A program made the position numbers and the translations under genes. A stretch of 64,000 nucleotides of DNA from the NCBI GenBank assembly GCA_964188305.1, contig OZ076894.1; one strand, written 5' to 3'. Origin of the DNA: Podarcis bocagei (lineage: Eukaryota). Shown here in pieces: positions 12,831 through 25,938 of this stretch; positions within the stretch are counted from its first letter, which is position 1, and each line of letters opens with the position of its first letter. The notes beneath the pieces are model-generated. The model did not search any database. It had not been told where the DNA came from and was given only the letters and a program-made list of their open reading frames with translations.

Positions 12831-14114
12831 TATGTGCTACATTTCTGAGGAAACTTGTCACAGTGCAAAAGCTAACCTGTCTGCTACTTTGTCATAGGCT
12901 GAGGGTGAGCTCTCGGGGTTAAAAGCTATGATGAAGGTCTATTACCTTGCTCCACCAAGTGCACTGCTTCAAGGAATAATGAGAAGAGTGAAGCATGAAG
13001 GCCACTGTGCCTGAAAATTGTACCTTTCTCACAGAGCACAGGCTGATGGAGATAATCACTTTAAATCTATAATTTCTTCCTATGTTGGGAATATGTGTCT
13101 GGTACACCTGTTTCAATTGATTTTTCCCTTTTTATTAGACGTTCTGATAAGAGATCACCTCTCCTACTGTCACTACATGTGGCTTATCTCTCTGTCTAGT
13201 TTTATAACGGCATGTTCTCTCTGATGTGTTCTTCAAACCTGTACTTTGAGGACAGAAAAGCATCCCAAAGGTTTAAAAATCTATCTGTAACACAGATGTC
13301 CTATTTAGTTGTTCTGTGTATTTTCAGCCAGAAAATTATGCGCTGAAAATCAGAACTGTGACTTCAAATACTATAATGTAGAATGGCGCACACTATTTGT
13401 GACCAATCTCATTCATTTCGATGTGAGATTGCTCCATGACAAAGCGGTCTGGAGTATGAACCATATACCTGGCTTAATGATCTACTCTGGGCTATGTGTG
13501 CTAAGACCTCAGAGCACCATTTGTGAGCAGAATGCAATGAGAGTATTCAGCAGCCACCCATATGAATTGATAGGAAGTTAAGAAGCCTCTGGATTGTGTA
13601 GGCCTTGTATAAATCCTAGCAGTCTGTTTTTCGACCTTTGCCTGGTCAATAAAGCAACACATTTTGTTCCGTCCAGTTCAGGCTGCCCTATTTGGTCACT
13701 CTTAACCCAGCCACTCACGACATGTCCAAGTCAAATACATGTGCATGGAAATGGGAGCAGGCTGAATGTGTGTGTGGTGCCTGTGTATAACTGTATACAG
13801 AGGGCTGTCTGTGCATTGTACACAATGGAGAATGTGGGAAAAGCAAGGCTCCCAATGGTGGGAAGAGAACCATGAATGTGTACATTTCTATATACAAAGG
13901 CTGCACATAGATAGTTGAGGGCCAACCCTAGGCCTGTGGAAGATTCCTACTTCTCCTATCACCCTTTTGTGTAGGATTCCCTTTGCCTTTCGCCATCTAG
14001 GAGTCCTTCACTCTTTTTTACCTATGTGATGAATGCACTGTCTTAGCTTATTCCTTAATATCCACTGCTACTAACCATTTCTGGTTTTATTTATTTTTTA
14101 AATACAGGTACCCT

Positions 14115-14812
14115 TGTGAGGTTTCAGGCCTGAGAAAGACAGGAAGATTTATTTAAAGTGAACCAAATCTAATATTATTTAATCATTTGAAATTTATGTA
14201 CAACATAAGATTCCTATTACTTAACAGGTTGTATATTAAGAGTAGGTTTTGTTGAGTGCTTGCTTCCTATATGCTCAAGATGTTGCTGAAACCTTAAGGA
14301 AATGTCTTTTACCCTGAGATATGACAGTTTTGTAACCTATACTATTAGCCAGTTTCCCTTATCCTAACTTGCTCAGATGTTTAAGCCTGAAGCTTTCCTT
14401 CTGGTCAGGGTCACACTGGTGAAGATGCAGCACAGAAGAGGCTCCATCAGTCGCAGATCCCTGGAGACACCAGCGCTTCTTGAGCTCAGCTGCTCAAGGC
14501 TGATGGGCACAGCTTTTGCTTTGTTGAATGCTTGCTTCAGAATTTTCTCTCTCCCTGGAACTTGCATTCTCAGATTCTGCATGGTAATTTCAGCTCTCTT
14601 GTGTTTCTTCTGCTGCCTTCTTTTCCTCTGGATAGCCACTGCTTGCTGCCTTTCTGTTGCTTCCTCCGACTCCTTTCTTCTTCCTTACGTATGTCTTCTC
14701 CCCTGGGTCCTCCTCCACACTCTCTTCCCAAGGCTCCTTGACCCCAACCAATAACTGACTCAGACAGTGTTATGCCTAGTCTTTTGTTTCCTCCAGCCAG
14801 ACCCCTGCAACA
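14115..14812 (-). mobile_element. Possible solo LTR
   Basis: TG...CA ends (TGTGAGG / TGCAACA), purine-rich minus strand and a minus-strand AATAAA near the left end. No TSD found. Confidence 0.35.
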
Positions 14813-15436
14813 ATTTTAAAGTTAAACTCTGACAGACGGTTAACTCATTGGCCTATATTTATTTTCTTGTACTTATTTCATTTATGAATCGCTTACCCCA
14901 AAATAGTGGCTGTGAGTCCCAGAAGACCTGCTCCCTGCCTTGCAGGCCTTTCCCCACTTGGCCTGGCAGGGCATGGTCCTGATTGACTCCAACTACAAAA
15001 GCTGAGGCTGCTGAAGAGACCAGTGACCACCTTGGCTGTCTCTTAGCGCAGACCCAGATCATCGAGCCTGAGCTTCCACAACTGCTGCCCGCCATGAACC
15101 ACCATTGGCAGGATATTTTATTCTCTTGTTAATTTTGCTGTTTTAAATGTGCACTTTATATATGATTTCTTTTTGTAACAAAAACAAACCAGAATAATTG
15201 TGGTATAAAACAATGGGACATTTCAGCAGGAAATCACAGGATAGGACATGCACTGGTTGAAACTGAAGAGGTGCAACTACCCCAAAACATTTGCAGGTAG
15301 AAGTAGTGCTAAAAGCAAGATCACATATGACTGTCCCAATAGCAACCTGAGCGTAATTCATCATGAATGCATAATAAAAGGGACATCTGCCGGGGCCCAT
15401 AGACTTGGTTCATATAAACTGAAAATATGTTCAGCC

Positions 15437-16086
15437 TGTATCCTGAACCCCTGACCTACCTGGCATCAAGTCACTATGTCAAGTCCAAAGTCTGGAGGTC
15501 AAGCCACATAAGCAAAGTCCAAAATCCAAAGTCCAAAGGTCAGGAAACACAGTCCAGGGTCAATACAAGTAGCCAAGTCCGGCAGTCAGAACACAGTCAA
15601 GAGTCAAACCCAAAGCCCTGTCCCATAGAGGTCCTGGAGCCACCAACATGGGCAGATGAGCAGACACAGCACCACAGCTCTGCTTCCCTTTTGTACTCTG
15701 CATACTAATTGCAGCATCTGGGCTTGATGAGGCATGTGAGGAATCACACAAATCATCTCAGAGCTAGAGTGTGCCACCTGGCCAGCTAGGGGGCTGGGCT
15801 GTGGGCCCCTGTCTGCCTCAGCCTCCTAGAGCTCCCCACCTGCTGTTGTCCATGCCTCAGAGCCTGCTGTGTTTGTGGAGACAGGGTTGAGGTGGGGTCC
15901 TCTGGCTCTGCTGATGGATCCTGCTGTTCTGGTTCCTGTGCACTGACCTCCATTCCCTTGCCATCCTCTGTCACCCTGTGAGTACTTCTCTCCCCATCCC
16001 CTGTTTGCCCTGGTGTATCCCAGTCCTGACTACATCCTTCGCCAGGATCCTCTTCCTCCTCATCATCATCTTGCCAGTTCATGATG
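15437..16086 (-). mobile_element. Solo LTR (family A; relative of 33604-34191)
   Basis: Colinear reverse-complement similarity to 33604-34191 at both termini and internally (GCCTCATCAAGCCCAG.TGCTGCAAT). Confidence 0.7.
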
Positions 16087-16230
16087 ATGTACTGATGGTT
16101 TATTTTTGATATTACTAATCAGCAGAACAATCTTATGCATTGATAAATACACTCCCCTCTCCCAGAAAAAGTGACATGGCTTGGAGACATAAAAGCAACA
16201 TGCCTGCATCAAAGTCATTGAAATGGGTGG

Positions 16231-16602
16231 TGTCAGGTGTTGATATGGTTGCTCGAGAGCAAACAGGCAAGACTCCAACCTGTCTTTTTTAGGCTTTATT
16301 ATCTGTACAAACTATTTGCAGTGCAAAGCGTCGCAAATCCATGTCTGCTTAGTCGCTAGCAGAATCTGGGAGTGGGCGGTCCTTATACCTTCCCCAAAGG
16401 GGGACTTGCCTCCCCTCCACTTTACTCAGGCTCGATGTTGAGGCTCTCCCTAGAATCTTCTGATCCTTCCCCCCCCTCCCCACTGGAGGCGTGGCTTCCC
16501 TCCTCGCCAGAGGAAGAACTACTTTGCAAGATCTTCGGAGGCTCCCTGTAACACAGCTGCCCTTCCACCTCTCGCCTCTGAGCTGATGGCAGTTCCCTGA
16601 CA
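16231..16602 (-). mobile_element. Solo LTR, 372 bp
   Basis: TGTCAGG...CCTGACA termini, 5-bp TSD GGTGG (16226-16230 and 16603-16607) and a minus-strand AATAAA. Confidence 0.85.
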
Positions 16603-18002
16603 GGTGGAATTCAATATTACGCTATGATGTGTGCAAGCATTTCAGCTTGGCAGATGAAATGATTTCCCCCTCCTCCCCCTGTGTGCTGTCCTGGGAGTTC
16701 TCCTGACCTCCCAGAGTTAATTTTGGTGGGGTGGGGAAGAGAGGGTGCAAAGCCCCATTATGCAACCATAAGTCCCCATGCAGGATTTTGACTGGTGGGA
16801 CTTGTTAGGTGAATCCTGCCCTATACATCTAAATGCATTTACTTTGTATTCCCTAGAAGAACGAATGCCTTAATAACCTGACCTTAAACATCCTTGTAGC
16901 CGTTTACCTTTCTGTTGTCTCAACGACAGGAGCAGTAAACAGAAACTTAAAAGATTTAACTTTCTACCTGCCAGATGCTCCTAAAGTACAAGACTAGCCT
17001 TATCTAGGTTCTTCATGCCTCCATGCCTTTTTCCTATACACCTGCAAAGGTTGCAAAAGTGATGGCTTACAAACTTGGTTTCATGTTTCTCACCCCTGCA
17101 GGCAACCTGTCTGTCATGGGATACATGACTTGAGACAGAGGGCTCACAGGAAAGGATGATTCATTGCTCATTGAGGGCTGGCTGGCAATCTAACATCACT
17201 GGGACACTGGTAGCAAGAATGAGTTACTGCCACCAGGCCGTACAATTCAGAAGATGACACACTGAGGGCACAGCCTTCTGAAGGTCTTTAATTAATTAGG
17301 TGCTCCGCCAATGAGTAAAGACTACTTTACCAGGTTCCTGAAAGCCACACTAATAATGACCATTGTTTGCATAGAACACTTGAAATGTTCCAGGGGTGTG
17401 TGTGTGTATAAAATATAATAATTTTAGAAATATTTATAATGGACCTATAAAATAGGTCAGTGTTGTTATTTCTATCCATCTCCAACATGATGTCCTCCAG
17501 GCATTTGGGATGAGAACTCTCATCTGCCTCAGCCAGAATGATAGGGGTTGTCATTCAAAATTATTGATGACAATGGAGGCTGGTATAGTCGGGCAACGTA
17601 CTGTCCAACTAACCTCAGTCTGTGCTCAGCCAACCCCCCTTCCACCTTTCTTCTTAATTGCAACTAGTTTAGGGGTTGGACTTAGCAATCTATTTCTTCC
17701 TCCTTAGTCTCTGCTTTGCCTTTGTAGAACTCAGCTGGGAGGAGGATGGGGACAAAATTAGAATTTGCTGGCTCTGCCTGACATCACCTCTGACTCCACC
17801 TACTGTTGGCCTCCCAACTTTCCACCTTACCATTCCCAAGTGGCATTGGCCACCACTACATCTGAAGGGTGCCATGTTGGCTACCCTGGTCTACATATTG
17901 CAGCAGTAGGCATACATAAGATTAGGTAGTGATTTAAATTTTAGCTACATATGTTAATTGATCTGTTGCACCAAAAATATGAAATGCAATATTTCATATA
18001 CT

Positions 18003-18240
18003 GAAGAAGAGTTTGGATTTGATATCCCGCTTTATCACTACCCCAAGGAGTCTCAAAGCGGCTAACATTCTCCTTTCCCTTCTTCCCCCACAACAAACAC
18101 TCTGTGAGGTGAGTGGAACTGAGAGACTTCAAAGAAGTGTGACTAGCCCTAGGTCACCCAGCAGCTGTGGAGGAGCGGAGACGCAAACCCGGTTTACCAG
18201 ATTACGAGTCTACCGCTCTTAACCACTACACCACACTGAC
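18003..18240 (-). mobile_element. tRNA-derived, MIR-like SINE with L2-type tail
   Basis: The minus strand starts CAGTGTGGTGTAGTGGTTAAGAGC (A box) and ends AAAGCGGGATATCAAATCCAAACTCTTCTTC. An older relative lies at ~53843-54050 (+). Confidence 0.8.
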
Positions 18241-18632
18241 TCAAAGGCATGGATGTTTTTTCATCTTGAGCAAATGGGACTGTACTCTCCCACAACCCCC
18301 TGCAGGACCAGAGCCCCCGCTCTCTATCCCCCAGCCCAAATAAGCAGATCACTCACTCACTCTCTCTGGGGTCCAGTCTCAGTTTCTGTCTCCTATTTCC
18401 TATCAGCTGCAAACCTCCACATGCTTGAACTCAAACAGCAAACCACTGTGTGTTCAGTAGGTTCCACCTTGGTCTCTAGGGGATGGAGGACCACTTTTTT
18501 TAAAAAAAGCATTCCCTATTGTACAAGTCTAGGGAGGGCACCAGGACTGTACACTCCTCTATTAACCCTCTCCCTCTCCCTGATTGTTTACAGGTAGTCA
18601 ATCAGGAGTCCTCTGAGACACAGCAATTGCCA

Positions 18633-18911
18633 TTGTTGTTGTTGTTTAGTCATGTCTGACTCTTCATGACCCCATGGACCAGAGTACGCCAGGCACTCCT
18701 GTCTTCCACTGTCTCCCGCAGTTTGGCCAAACTCATGCTGGTAGCTTCAAGAACACTGTCCAACCATCTCGTCCTGTGTCGTCCCCTTCTCCTTGTGCCC
18801 TCCATCTTTCCCAACATCAGGGTCTTTTCCTAGGGAGTCTTCTCTTCTCATGAGATGGCCAAAGTACTGGAGCCTCAGTTTCAGGATCTGTCCTTCCAGT
18901 GAGCACTCAGG
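18633..18911 (-). mobile_element. Bov-B (RTE) LINE 3' fragment
   Basis: Highly similar to 24386-24660, with a (CAA)n tail on the minus strand. Confidence 0.85.
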
Positions 18912-19539
18912 TCATCTAGAAGTGACCAAAGGATGTGTAGCTGACATGGAGTTAGAACAAAGTACCTGTCAGCTCACACACCACAAGCCATTATTCTATA
19001 TCCCTTCGCCTTTTGAATGTGGCTGTTTCTTAAAGAAGAGAAACATATGATAAAACGTCTCTCTGCAAAAGGGAAATAACAGAAGGCTGATCAGACTGTC
19101 TCATAATTCCCCAGTGGTAGATCGACTAGAGGTGTGTGCTGTTTGTTCTGTAGCAGCTTAAATGAGAAGAAAGAAGGAATGCGGCATATGTAGAGGCACA
19201 GCACAAAAGCTGGCTTGCAGTGCTACTACTTGCTAAGTAGTCCCTATTGATTCCAGCACCGTACTGTGTGTCCTAAAGGTAGCGAGGAAGATGGACACAG
19301 AATACCAAAGAGGAAAAAAGCAAAGCAGCACCAAGAGCAAAAGTGGAACAGTGATTGACAAACACAATTATGTGAATCTCATTATCAGTGTGAAAGAGAC
19401 TTTACTGGGCCGAGATGCGGGGAGACACTGCTATCTCTCCATCAGGTATTAGGCACACTTCTAACTCTGCTCAAAGACATCTGTGTGGTTCCTGGTTCAT
19501 GCCAATGCAAGGATGCCTGGTGGCCCCACTCCTAGTAAT

Positions 19540-20168
19540 ATTGTCTATGCACTGGTAACCTCAAGGTTAGGTTACTGCAATGCATTATAAGTAGGGCTGC
19601 CTCTGTAGACAGTTTGGAAACTTCAGGTGGTTCAGAATTCAGCGGCCAGGTTGCTCACCGGAGCAAGGCGGTTTGAGCATATTACATCAATCCTGATCCA
19701 ACTACACTGGCTACCAGTTAGTTTCCAGGCCCAATACAAAGTGCTGGTTTTGACCTATAAAGCCTTAAATGGATCAGAACCGCAGTAGCTCACACCCTGA
19801 AATCATCTTCTGAGGCCCTCCTTCATGTGCTCCCTCCTTGAGAGGTCCAGAGGGTGGCAACACGAGAACGGGCCTTTTCTGCAGTGGCTCCCCATCTGTG
19901 GAATGCTCTCCCCAGGGAAGTTCACCTGGTGCCTTCATTATACACCTTTAGGCACTAGGCTAAAACGTTCGTTTTTAACCAGGCATTTGGTTGATCTGAT
20001 CAACATCCTATACACTTTTAAAATGTGGCTCTTTTTTGGAGGGTATTATTGGGTTATTGTTTTTATTTTATATATTGTGATATTTTTTGTGAACTGCCCT
20101 GAGACCTCTGGGTATAGGACGATATAGAATTCAATTAACACAACACAACACAACACAACACAACATAA
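19540..20168 (+). mobile_element. L2 LINE 3' fragment
   Basis: Degenerate translation ALVTSRLGYCNAL..LQVVQNSAARLLT..LHWLPV..KVLVLTYKALNG, followed by a 3' UTR and an (ACACA)n tail. Confidence 0.85.
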
Positions 20169-21428
20169 TGATCCCTCTTCTATAAGATTCACGCATGAAG
20201 GCTGCTAAAATATATTTGAATTCAAGGTGCTAGGAATTTGGAGACTTATCTTTCATAGTGGACTCTTTCATAGAGGACTGCTGCCTCTGTGTTTTTGCCT
20301 CTGCTGGCAGCTACACCAACACAAGAATTGGAGGGGGAAAATACAATTTAAATGTTTTATGTTGCAGCAAGCAATGCTAAGGGTCACAATGATGGATCTG
20401 AAGTTCATGTACTGTACCTCCCCCTCACAATGACCTAAAAATACAGAATGCCAACTTTGAGCGTTATCCTAGTTTTGCATTCATTTCAGATTTACAGGCA
20501 ATGCCCCAGAAATGTGTCCTCTTCTGTGCCATTTGCCTAGGACTAGCAGAATGCCACTGGTATTAAGCACTGCAGAAAATAAGTAGAAACATATTTGTGA
20601 TCTATGTGTCTGTGGATGTATCAGTGCTCGTCTTGTGCCCCTGGCCTCCATTATAGCATTATGGCTTGTGCACATCGATCACATTCCATTATTCCTTTAT
20701 CGCTCTGTCAGCAACAATTTAACCTTTAGCATTCCTCATACACAGTTTATATGGTAAATATATCTGAATGACACAACAAGGGATGTATACACAGATTTAA
20801 AACCCATATAATGGAAGGACATATAATCGTTGAGAGGCTCTCATTCAATGCATTTAGGTTGTTTTTGTTTTCTTAAAGGCATCCAGCTATAACTCTGTGT
20901 TTTAAACCGTGTTTTAACATTGCATAGAATATCGCTAATTCTAGCTTACTAGAAATACTTGTGAACTGATGCAAGAGATACAAGCATATTGTCTAAAAAG
21001 GAATAATTTATAGACTTTAATTGTAGGAAAGAGGCCTTTGCTTCAAAGAGCTCATCAACAACCTGTCCTTCCTCTTTTATCAGTAAGCGAAGGAGAGAGC
21101 AAAAAACAGATGGAATGTCCCTTAGTGCCAGTCATATATGTGCATGAAATATAGTCCAATCTACTTCCACTGTGTTATGTCTAGAACAACACAAGATCAG
21201 AAAAGGGATAGGCGAAGGACAAGATGAATGACTGCCTTGTGAATGGATGAGATGCACTTCGACTTGGAATTGGTGCTGTGCTGTTAAACTTTAGACAGGC
21301 TTTGCCAATGTCATGGGAATATGGCAGTGGTGCAAGTGATTACTGGGGCCACCTCACCTGTAATGCCTAAACTGAGCTCCTTGGATGTAATAAATGTAAT
21401 AAAGAAAAGAGAACAAAGAAGTCTAAAT

Positions 21429-21429
<1 letters not shown>

Positions 21430-21464
<35 letters not shown>
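21430..21464. repeat. (TC)n microsatellite
   Basis: Read directly from the sequence. Confidence 0.95.
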
Positions 21465-21470
<6 letters not shown>

Positions 21471-21861
21471 CAAATCATAAGAACAAAAAATATATAAGAG
21501 CACTGCTGGATCAGACCCAAGGCCTTGCTGGTTCAACATCTTTTCCTCCAGAGTGGTCAAGCAGACTTCTATAGGAAACTTGCAAGTATCTGCAAAAGAC
21601 TGTCTCTGTAGGAAAAAAAGAAGAAAAGAAAATAGAAAACAACTCTAAAATGCTGCTTTGTTTACGTGTGACTCCTGATTGGTTTTTTAAAATTGTGTAA
21701 TAATATTTGCGATAAATGTTAGAAATATTCACAACCCAAAGCTGACTGCTCCATATTTGGTGGATTTGTCCTCGAATTACTTTTGGGGGGGGGAGTGGGG
21801 GTAGATAATTTGTACAGTTGGGGGAGAGATGGAGTGAGGTTATCTGTACAATTGTTTTGCC

Positions 21862-21997
21862 CATGGCTTTTTTTCAGCTGGAACTCACCAGAACTCAGTT
21901 CCTTCACCTCTAAGGTAGGTGCCATTGCCATTATAGGAGAACAAGGGAGGTGTTTATGGTGAGTTCCAGCACCTCTTTTTCTAGAAAAATAGCACTG
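21862..21997. mobile_element. Short MITE-like repeat; further copies at ~28167-28293 and ~35741-35875 (inverted)
   Basis: GGCTTTTTTTCAGCTGGAACT...GAGTTCC(A/G)GCACCTCTTTTTCTAGAAAAAT occurs three times in the window. Confidence 0.75.
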
Positions 21998-23846
21998 GTT
22001 TCCCTGTAAGCATGTATAGTGTCAGTTAACTATAGGATTTAGAGGAGGCGCTCAGAATGAAGCACCACCTTGAGATAGTTTGGATTAATCTGGTTTTGAT
22101 TACGGAAAAATGGCCTTTGGCATAAAAGCACAGGTCATTGAATAGGCAAAAATGAATTTCTCAGCTGACATAGTATAAAAGAAAAAAGAAAAAAAAGGAT
22201 GGGACTAGTAGACAGCTAGGCCCACTCTAATGATTTTACAAAGAGCAAATATAATTTGAATGTCAATTTATACAAATTTGCCTCATTGTAATGTGTTACT
22301 TAAGGGTGTGTTTGTATTTGCATTTGGCTTATTATTTTGTTAGATGGAAACTGGCCCCTTATACACAGCAATATAGGCATCTGCCCCTCTGAACTTAGTT
22401 GGGTTTAATTCCAGGTAAGCATATTTAGTATCAGGTTGAATATTACAGGGTTTTTTTTTTGTTCACACACACAGTTGGTAGCAGCAGCACCTTTTTGTTT
22501 CCCCCCTTCCCAAATAGTTTTTCTAAGCATTTCCATTTATTTATTTATTTCCCAATAGGGGTTCTTTCTGGAATTGAGGTCCACCAGGAGATTGTGTCCT
22601 ACATTGACTGTTGACAATTTATTTAGACAAAACTTTAAAAATATTTAATACTTTATTGTTGCAATAAGAGGAACAATAGTTTTATTTCAGTCAGTAGTAT
22701 AAATATGGCATCTTGACTAATCACAAGCTCATTTTAAATTGACGTTTTTGCATAGTCTCAGAAGAAAAGTATTGCCAGTTGGAATGCGTTTCTGGAAAGA
22801 CCATCTCAAATATATTAAAGTTTTCCACATATTTATGGTTTGCCTTTTATTTTTGTATGTTTCTTTGTCTTCTGTTAAAGTCTGGTTCAAAAACTGCACA
22901 TTTTCTCTCTCTCTCTTTAAAATGAAAGATACTGACATTTTGGTCTCCTCTGTTCCACATTTTTATGATACTGTTGACCACAAGGTGGCATCATTGGTAC
23001 AGCTGTAACCTCAAAGATTTCTACAATCTCACCCAAGGTTCTTTGCCAAGAAAGTTGAGAGGGCATCGACCTTAATAGACTTTACAAAGTACCTCTCCTG
23101 TTTAGAAAGCTATTGCGCGAGATAGTTATTTCATATGAGATATCCCAAGGGCAAGGGCTATCTTACTACACATCCTGTGTAAGCCAATCTGGAAATCTTT
23201 TTGGCTAATGTGTGTGGGGTTATAAATTCTTTAAATATATGCATATACAGATCACAGTCATGACCAAACCAAATCCACCCAACCAGTTATTTCTGCGTTG
23301 ACGTGAGAGGCTCAGTTAGCCTTCTGTTTTCCTGCCTCGTTGGAATGTAATAAATGGATGGCAGACTTTCTAGGTTTTATATAGTAAAGTCTGCACACTT
23401 GTTCTAATGAGATTAAATAATTCATTCCTGTTGTAATGCCAACATTGCATCAAGACACCACATCTCTACTCAGGAACTGTTCCATTTGGCCAATAGAAGA
23501 TATATCATGAATTGCAAATACAGGAGAATGATTTCTTTATAGGATGACATATATTATGGGGATTCCAGTTAATGAGAGTTGAAGCTCACTGACATGGAGA
23601 AGAAAACAGCAGAAATTAAGGTTTGTACTGTATCCTGCTTCTTTCAGTAGAATGGCAAGGGAAGCCATTTACAGAAGTTTTCCCTTCCTCTGCAGTCTCC
23701 ACTCCCCTTAAACCAGCTATGAGGTGTCCCTCAACCTTCTGGAGCAGATTCAGTGTGTGGGGTGAGATTCATGTGTGTGCCAAAAAATTATTTCCTTTCT
23801 GTTCTGCTTTCAGAAGCCTTAACACCAGCTGAGTGGCACTGCTGTA

Positions 23847-24191
23847 CAGTGGTGCCCCGCAAGACGAATGCCTCGCAAGACGGAAAACCCGCTAGACGAA
23901 AGGGTTTTCCATTTTTGAGCTGCTTCGCAAGACAATTTTCCCTATGGGCTTGCTTTGCAAGACGAAAACGTCTTGCGAGTGTTCTGATTTTTTTTCCGCT
24001 CCCCCCTTTTTTCTAAGCTGCTAAGCCGCTAATAGCCTTTTAGCCGCTAATCCGCTAAGCCTTTAATAGCTGCTAAACCGCTAATAGCGCTAATCCGCTA
24101 AGCCGCTAATAGGGTTGCTTCGCAAGACGAAAAAACCGCTAGACGAAGAGACTCGCGGAACGGATTAATTTCGTCTTGCGAGGCACCACTG
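23847..24191. mobile_element. TcMar/Tigger-like MITE with internal GCTAA(G/T)CC tandem array
   Basis: 22-bp TIRs CAGTGGTGCC(C/T)CGCAAGACGAA with TA TSD. CpG-rich, so probably young. Confidence 0.9.
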
Positions 24192-24385
24192 TATACAACA
24201 AATAATAAGTGTGAAGACCATACTGAAATTACAGAGATTATATATATTCCTCAATATGACACAGGTGAACAAGAACTATTACAGGAAAGTCCTTTCTTAA
24301 AATCGAAAAAAGAGTCCCAAACTAGTGCTGTCTTCAGATTTTCATCGCTCCTTCCTGTTTGACTTAGGATCCAAGGTCCGAAACA

Positions 24386-24852
24386 TTGTTGTTTAGTTGT
24401 TTAGTCGTGTCCGACTCTTTGTGACCCCACAGACCAGAGCACGCCAGGCACTCCTGTCTTCCACTGCCTCCCGCAGTTTGGTCAAACTCATGCTGGTAGC
24501 TTCTAGAATACTGTCCAACCATCTTGTCCTCTGTCATCCCCTTCTCCTTGTGCCCTCCATCTTTCCCAACATCAGGGTCTTTCCCAGGGAGTCCTCTCTT
24601 CTCATGAGGTGGCCAAAGTGTTGGAGCCTCAGCTTCGCGATCTGTCCTTCCGGTGAGCACCCAGGGCTGATTTCCTTAAGAATGGATAGATTTGATCTTC
24701 TTGCAGTCCATGGGACTCTCAAGAGTCTCCTCCAGCCCCATAATTCAAAAGCATCAATTCTTCGGCGATCAGCCTTCTTTATGGTCCAGCTCTCACTTCC
24801 ATACATCACTACTGGGAAAACCATAGCTTTTACTATACGGACCTTTGTTGGC
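24386..24852 (-). mobile_element. Bov-B (RTE) LINE 3' fragment
   Basis: Translation PTKVRIVKAMVFPVVMYGSESWTIKKADRRRIDAFELW..RRLLRVPWTARRSN is typical of the Bov-B RT C-terminus. The minus strand ends in a CAA-rich tail. Confidence 0.95.
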
Positions 24853-25124
24853 ATATCAACAAAAGACAAATGTGAAAAATGGGTCATTAAGAGAGAAGGG
24901 CCACAGAGTTGGAAGAAGGAAGTAGCAAAACCATTGCATACCGTTTTAGATAAATGACCAGCAATTGTGTTGCTAGAGGAAATGAGTGGGGCACAGCTGG
25001 CAATGGTGTCTCTGAGGAGGCCTGGCTTTCTGGTTTTTGCTTTTGGTTGAAATACATAGCTCAGAAGGAAATGGCTCAGAAGTTCTAGCATAGAAATGGC
25101 TAGAATAGAATGACTGCTCCACGC

Positions 25125-25938
25125 TTAAAACGGGGGGCGCCCTTTGCGTGGACGCGCGCAGCCCCTAGATCTGGAGCGGCTCCAACAGCATAGGCTTGGT
25201 TTGCCTTCCCTCAGGTGGGATACCTGGAGGTCTCCGCCTACCTCAGTCAGTTGTCCAATCCCACCTGGGGGAAGTGTTGCCAAGGAGACCAGGCCAGGTA
25301 GGGGTGGGATTACCTGCCCACACAATAGAGGGAGGATCTTACCTGGGAATCCTCACTTGACTCCAGAGCTTCTCCCACCCTACCCACCCTCAGTTAATGT
25401 CTTATTTGCAGGTTAACTTTTCTTCACAGGTATGCGGGCGCTGCTACGTTAGGGTCGCTGTTAAAGGGCAGGAAAGGAATTTCCCTGCATTGGCAGGTTT
25501 CGCCTTTCCCGTAGCAAAACGTCACAACTTTGGCGGTATCAGGCCTTGGGCGGAATCCTTTAGTCCATCTTCCTCTTTGCGGCGGCGATACCAGGGTTAA
25601 AGGGGTTTCTGAAGGGAGGCTTTGACCGTACGCCGAAAGGTCGTCATTGCTTTCCTCTGCGGCGGCGGCGTAATGGGGGCGGCTATCTATGCTTGAACAT
25701 ATGTTCTCCAGAGCCGGCCCATCCCCCCCCCCCACACTGGATAACCCTGATGCTCCCTAGGTCCCCGGCTGTGGACTGGGGAGGGAGAACGCCCAATGCC
25801 TGAGCCAAGGTCTACCCACATTTGAAAGTTAATATAGTTGTGGCCAATTTAATCCCATAGCACGTTGTCATGAGTCATTATTTCACATGACGGGGGGGGG
25901 GACCGCACGGGATCTGGGGAGTCCGTCTGTCCACGCAA
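25125..25938 (+). mobile_element. GC/CpG-rich non-coding element, DIRS/Ngaro-like
   Basis: Inverted 10-mers TTGCGTGGAC (25144-25153) and GTCCACGCAA (25929-25938). Sharp CpG enrichment relative to the flanks. Related to 1370-1969. Confidence 0.55.

Noticed and set aside
14373-14754. Overlapping ORFs as a processed pseudogene
   Set aside because: No recognisable parent, poly(A) or TSD. Better explained by strand-biased composition in a probable LTR.
24397-24957. 186-aa plus-strand ORF
   Set aside because: It is the antisense frame of the Bov-B RT fragment.
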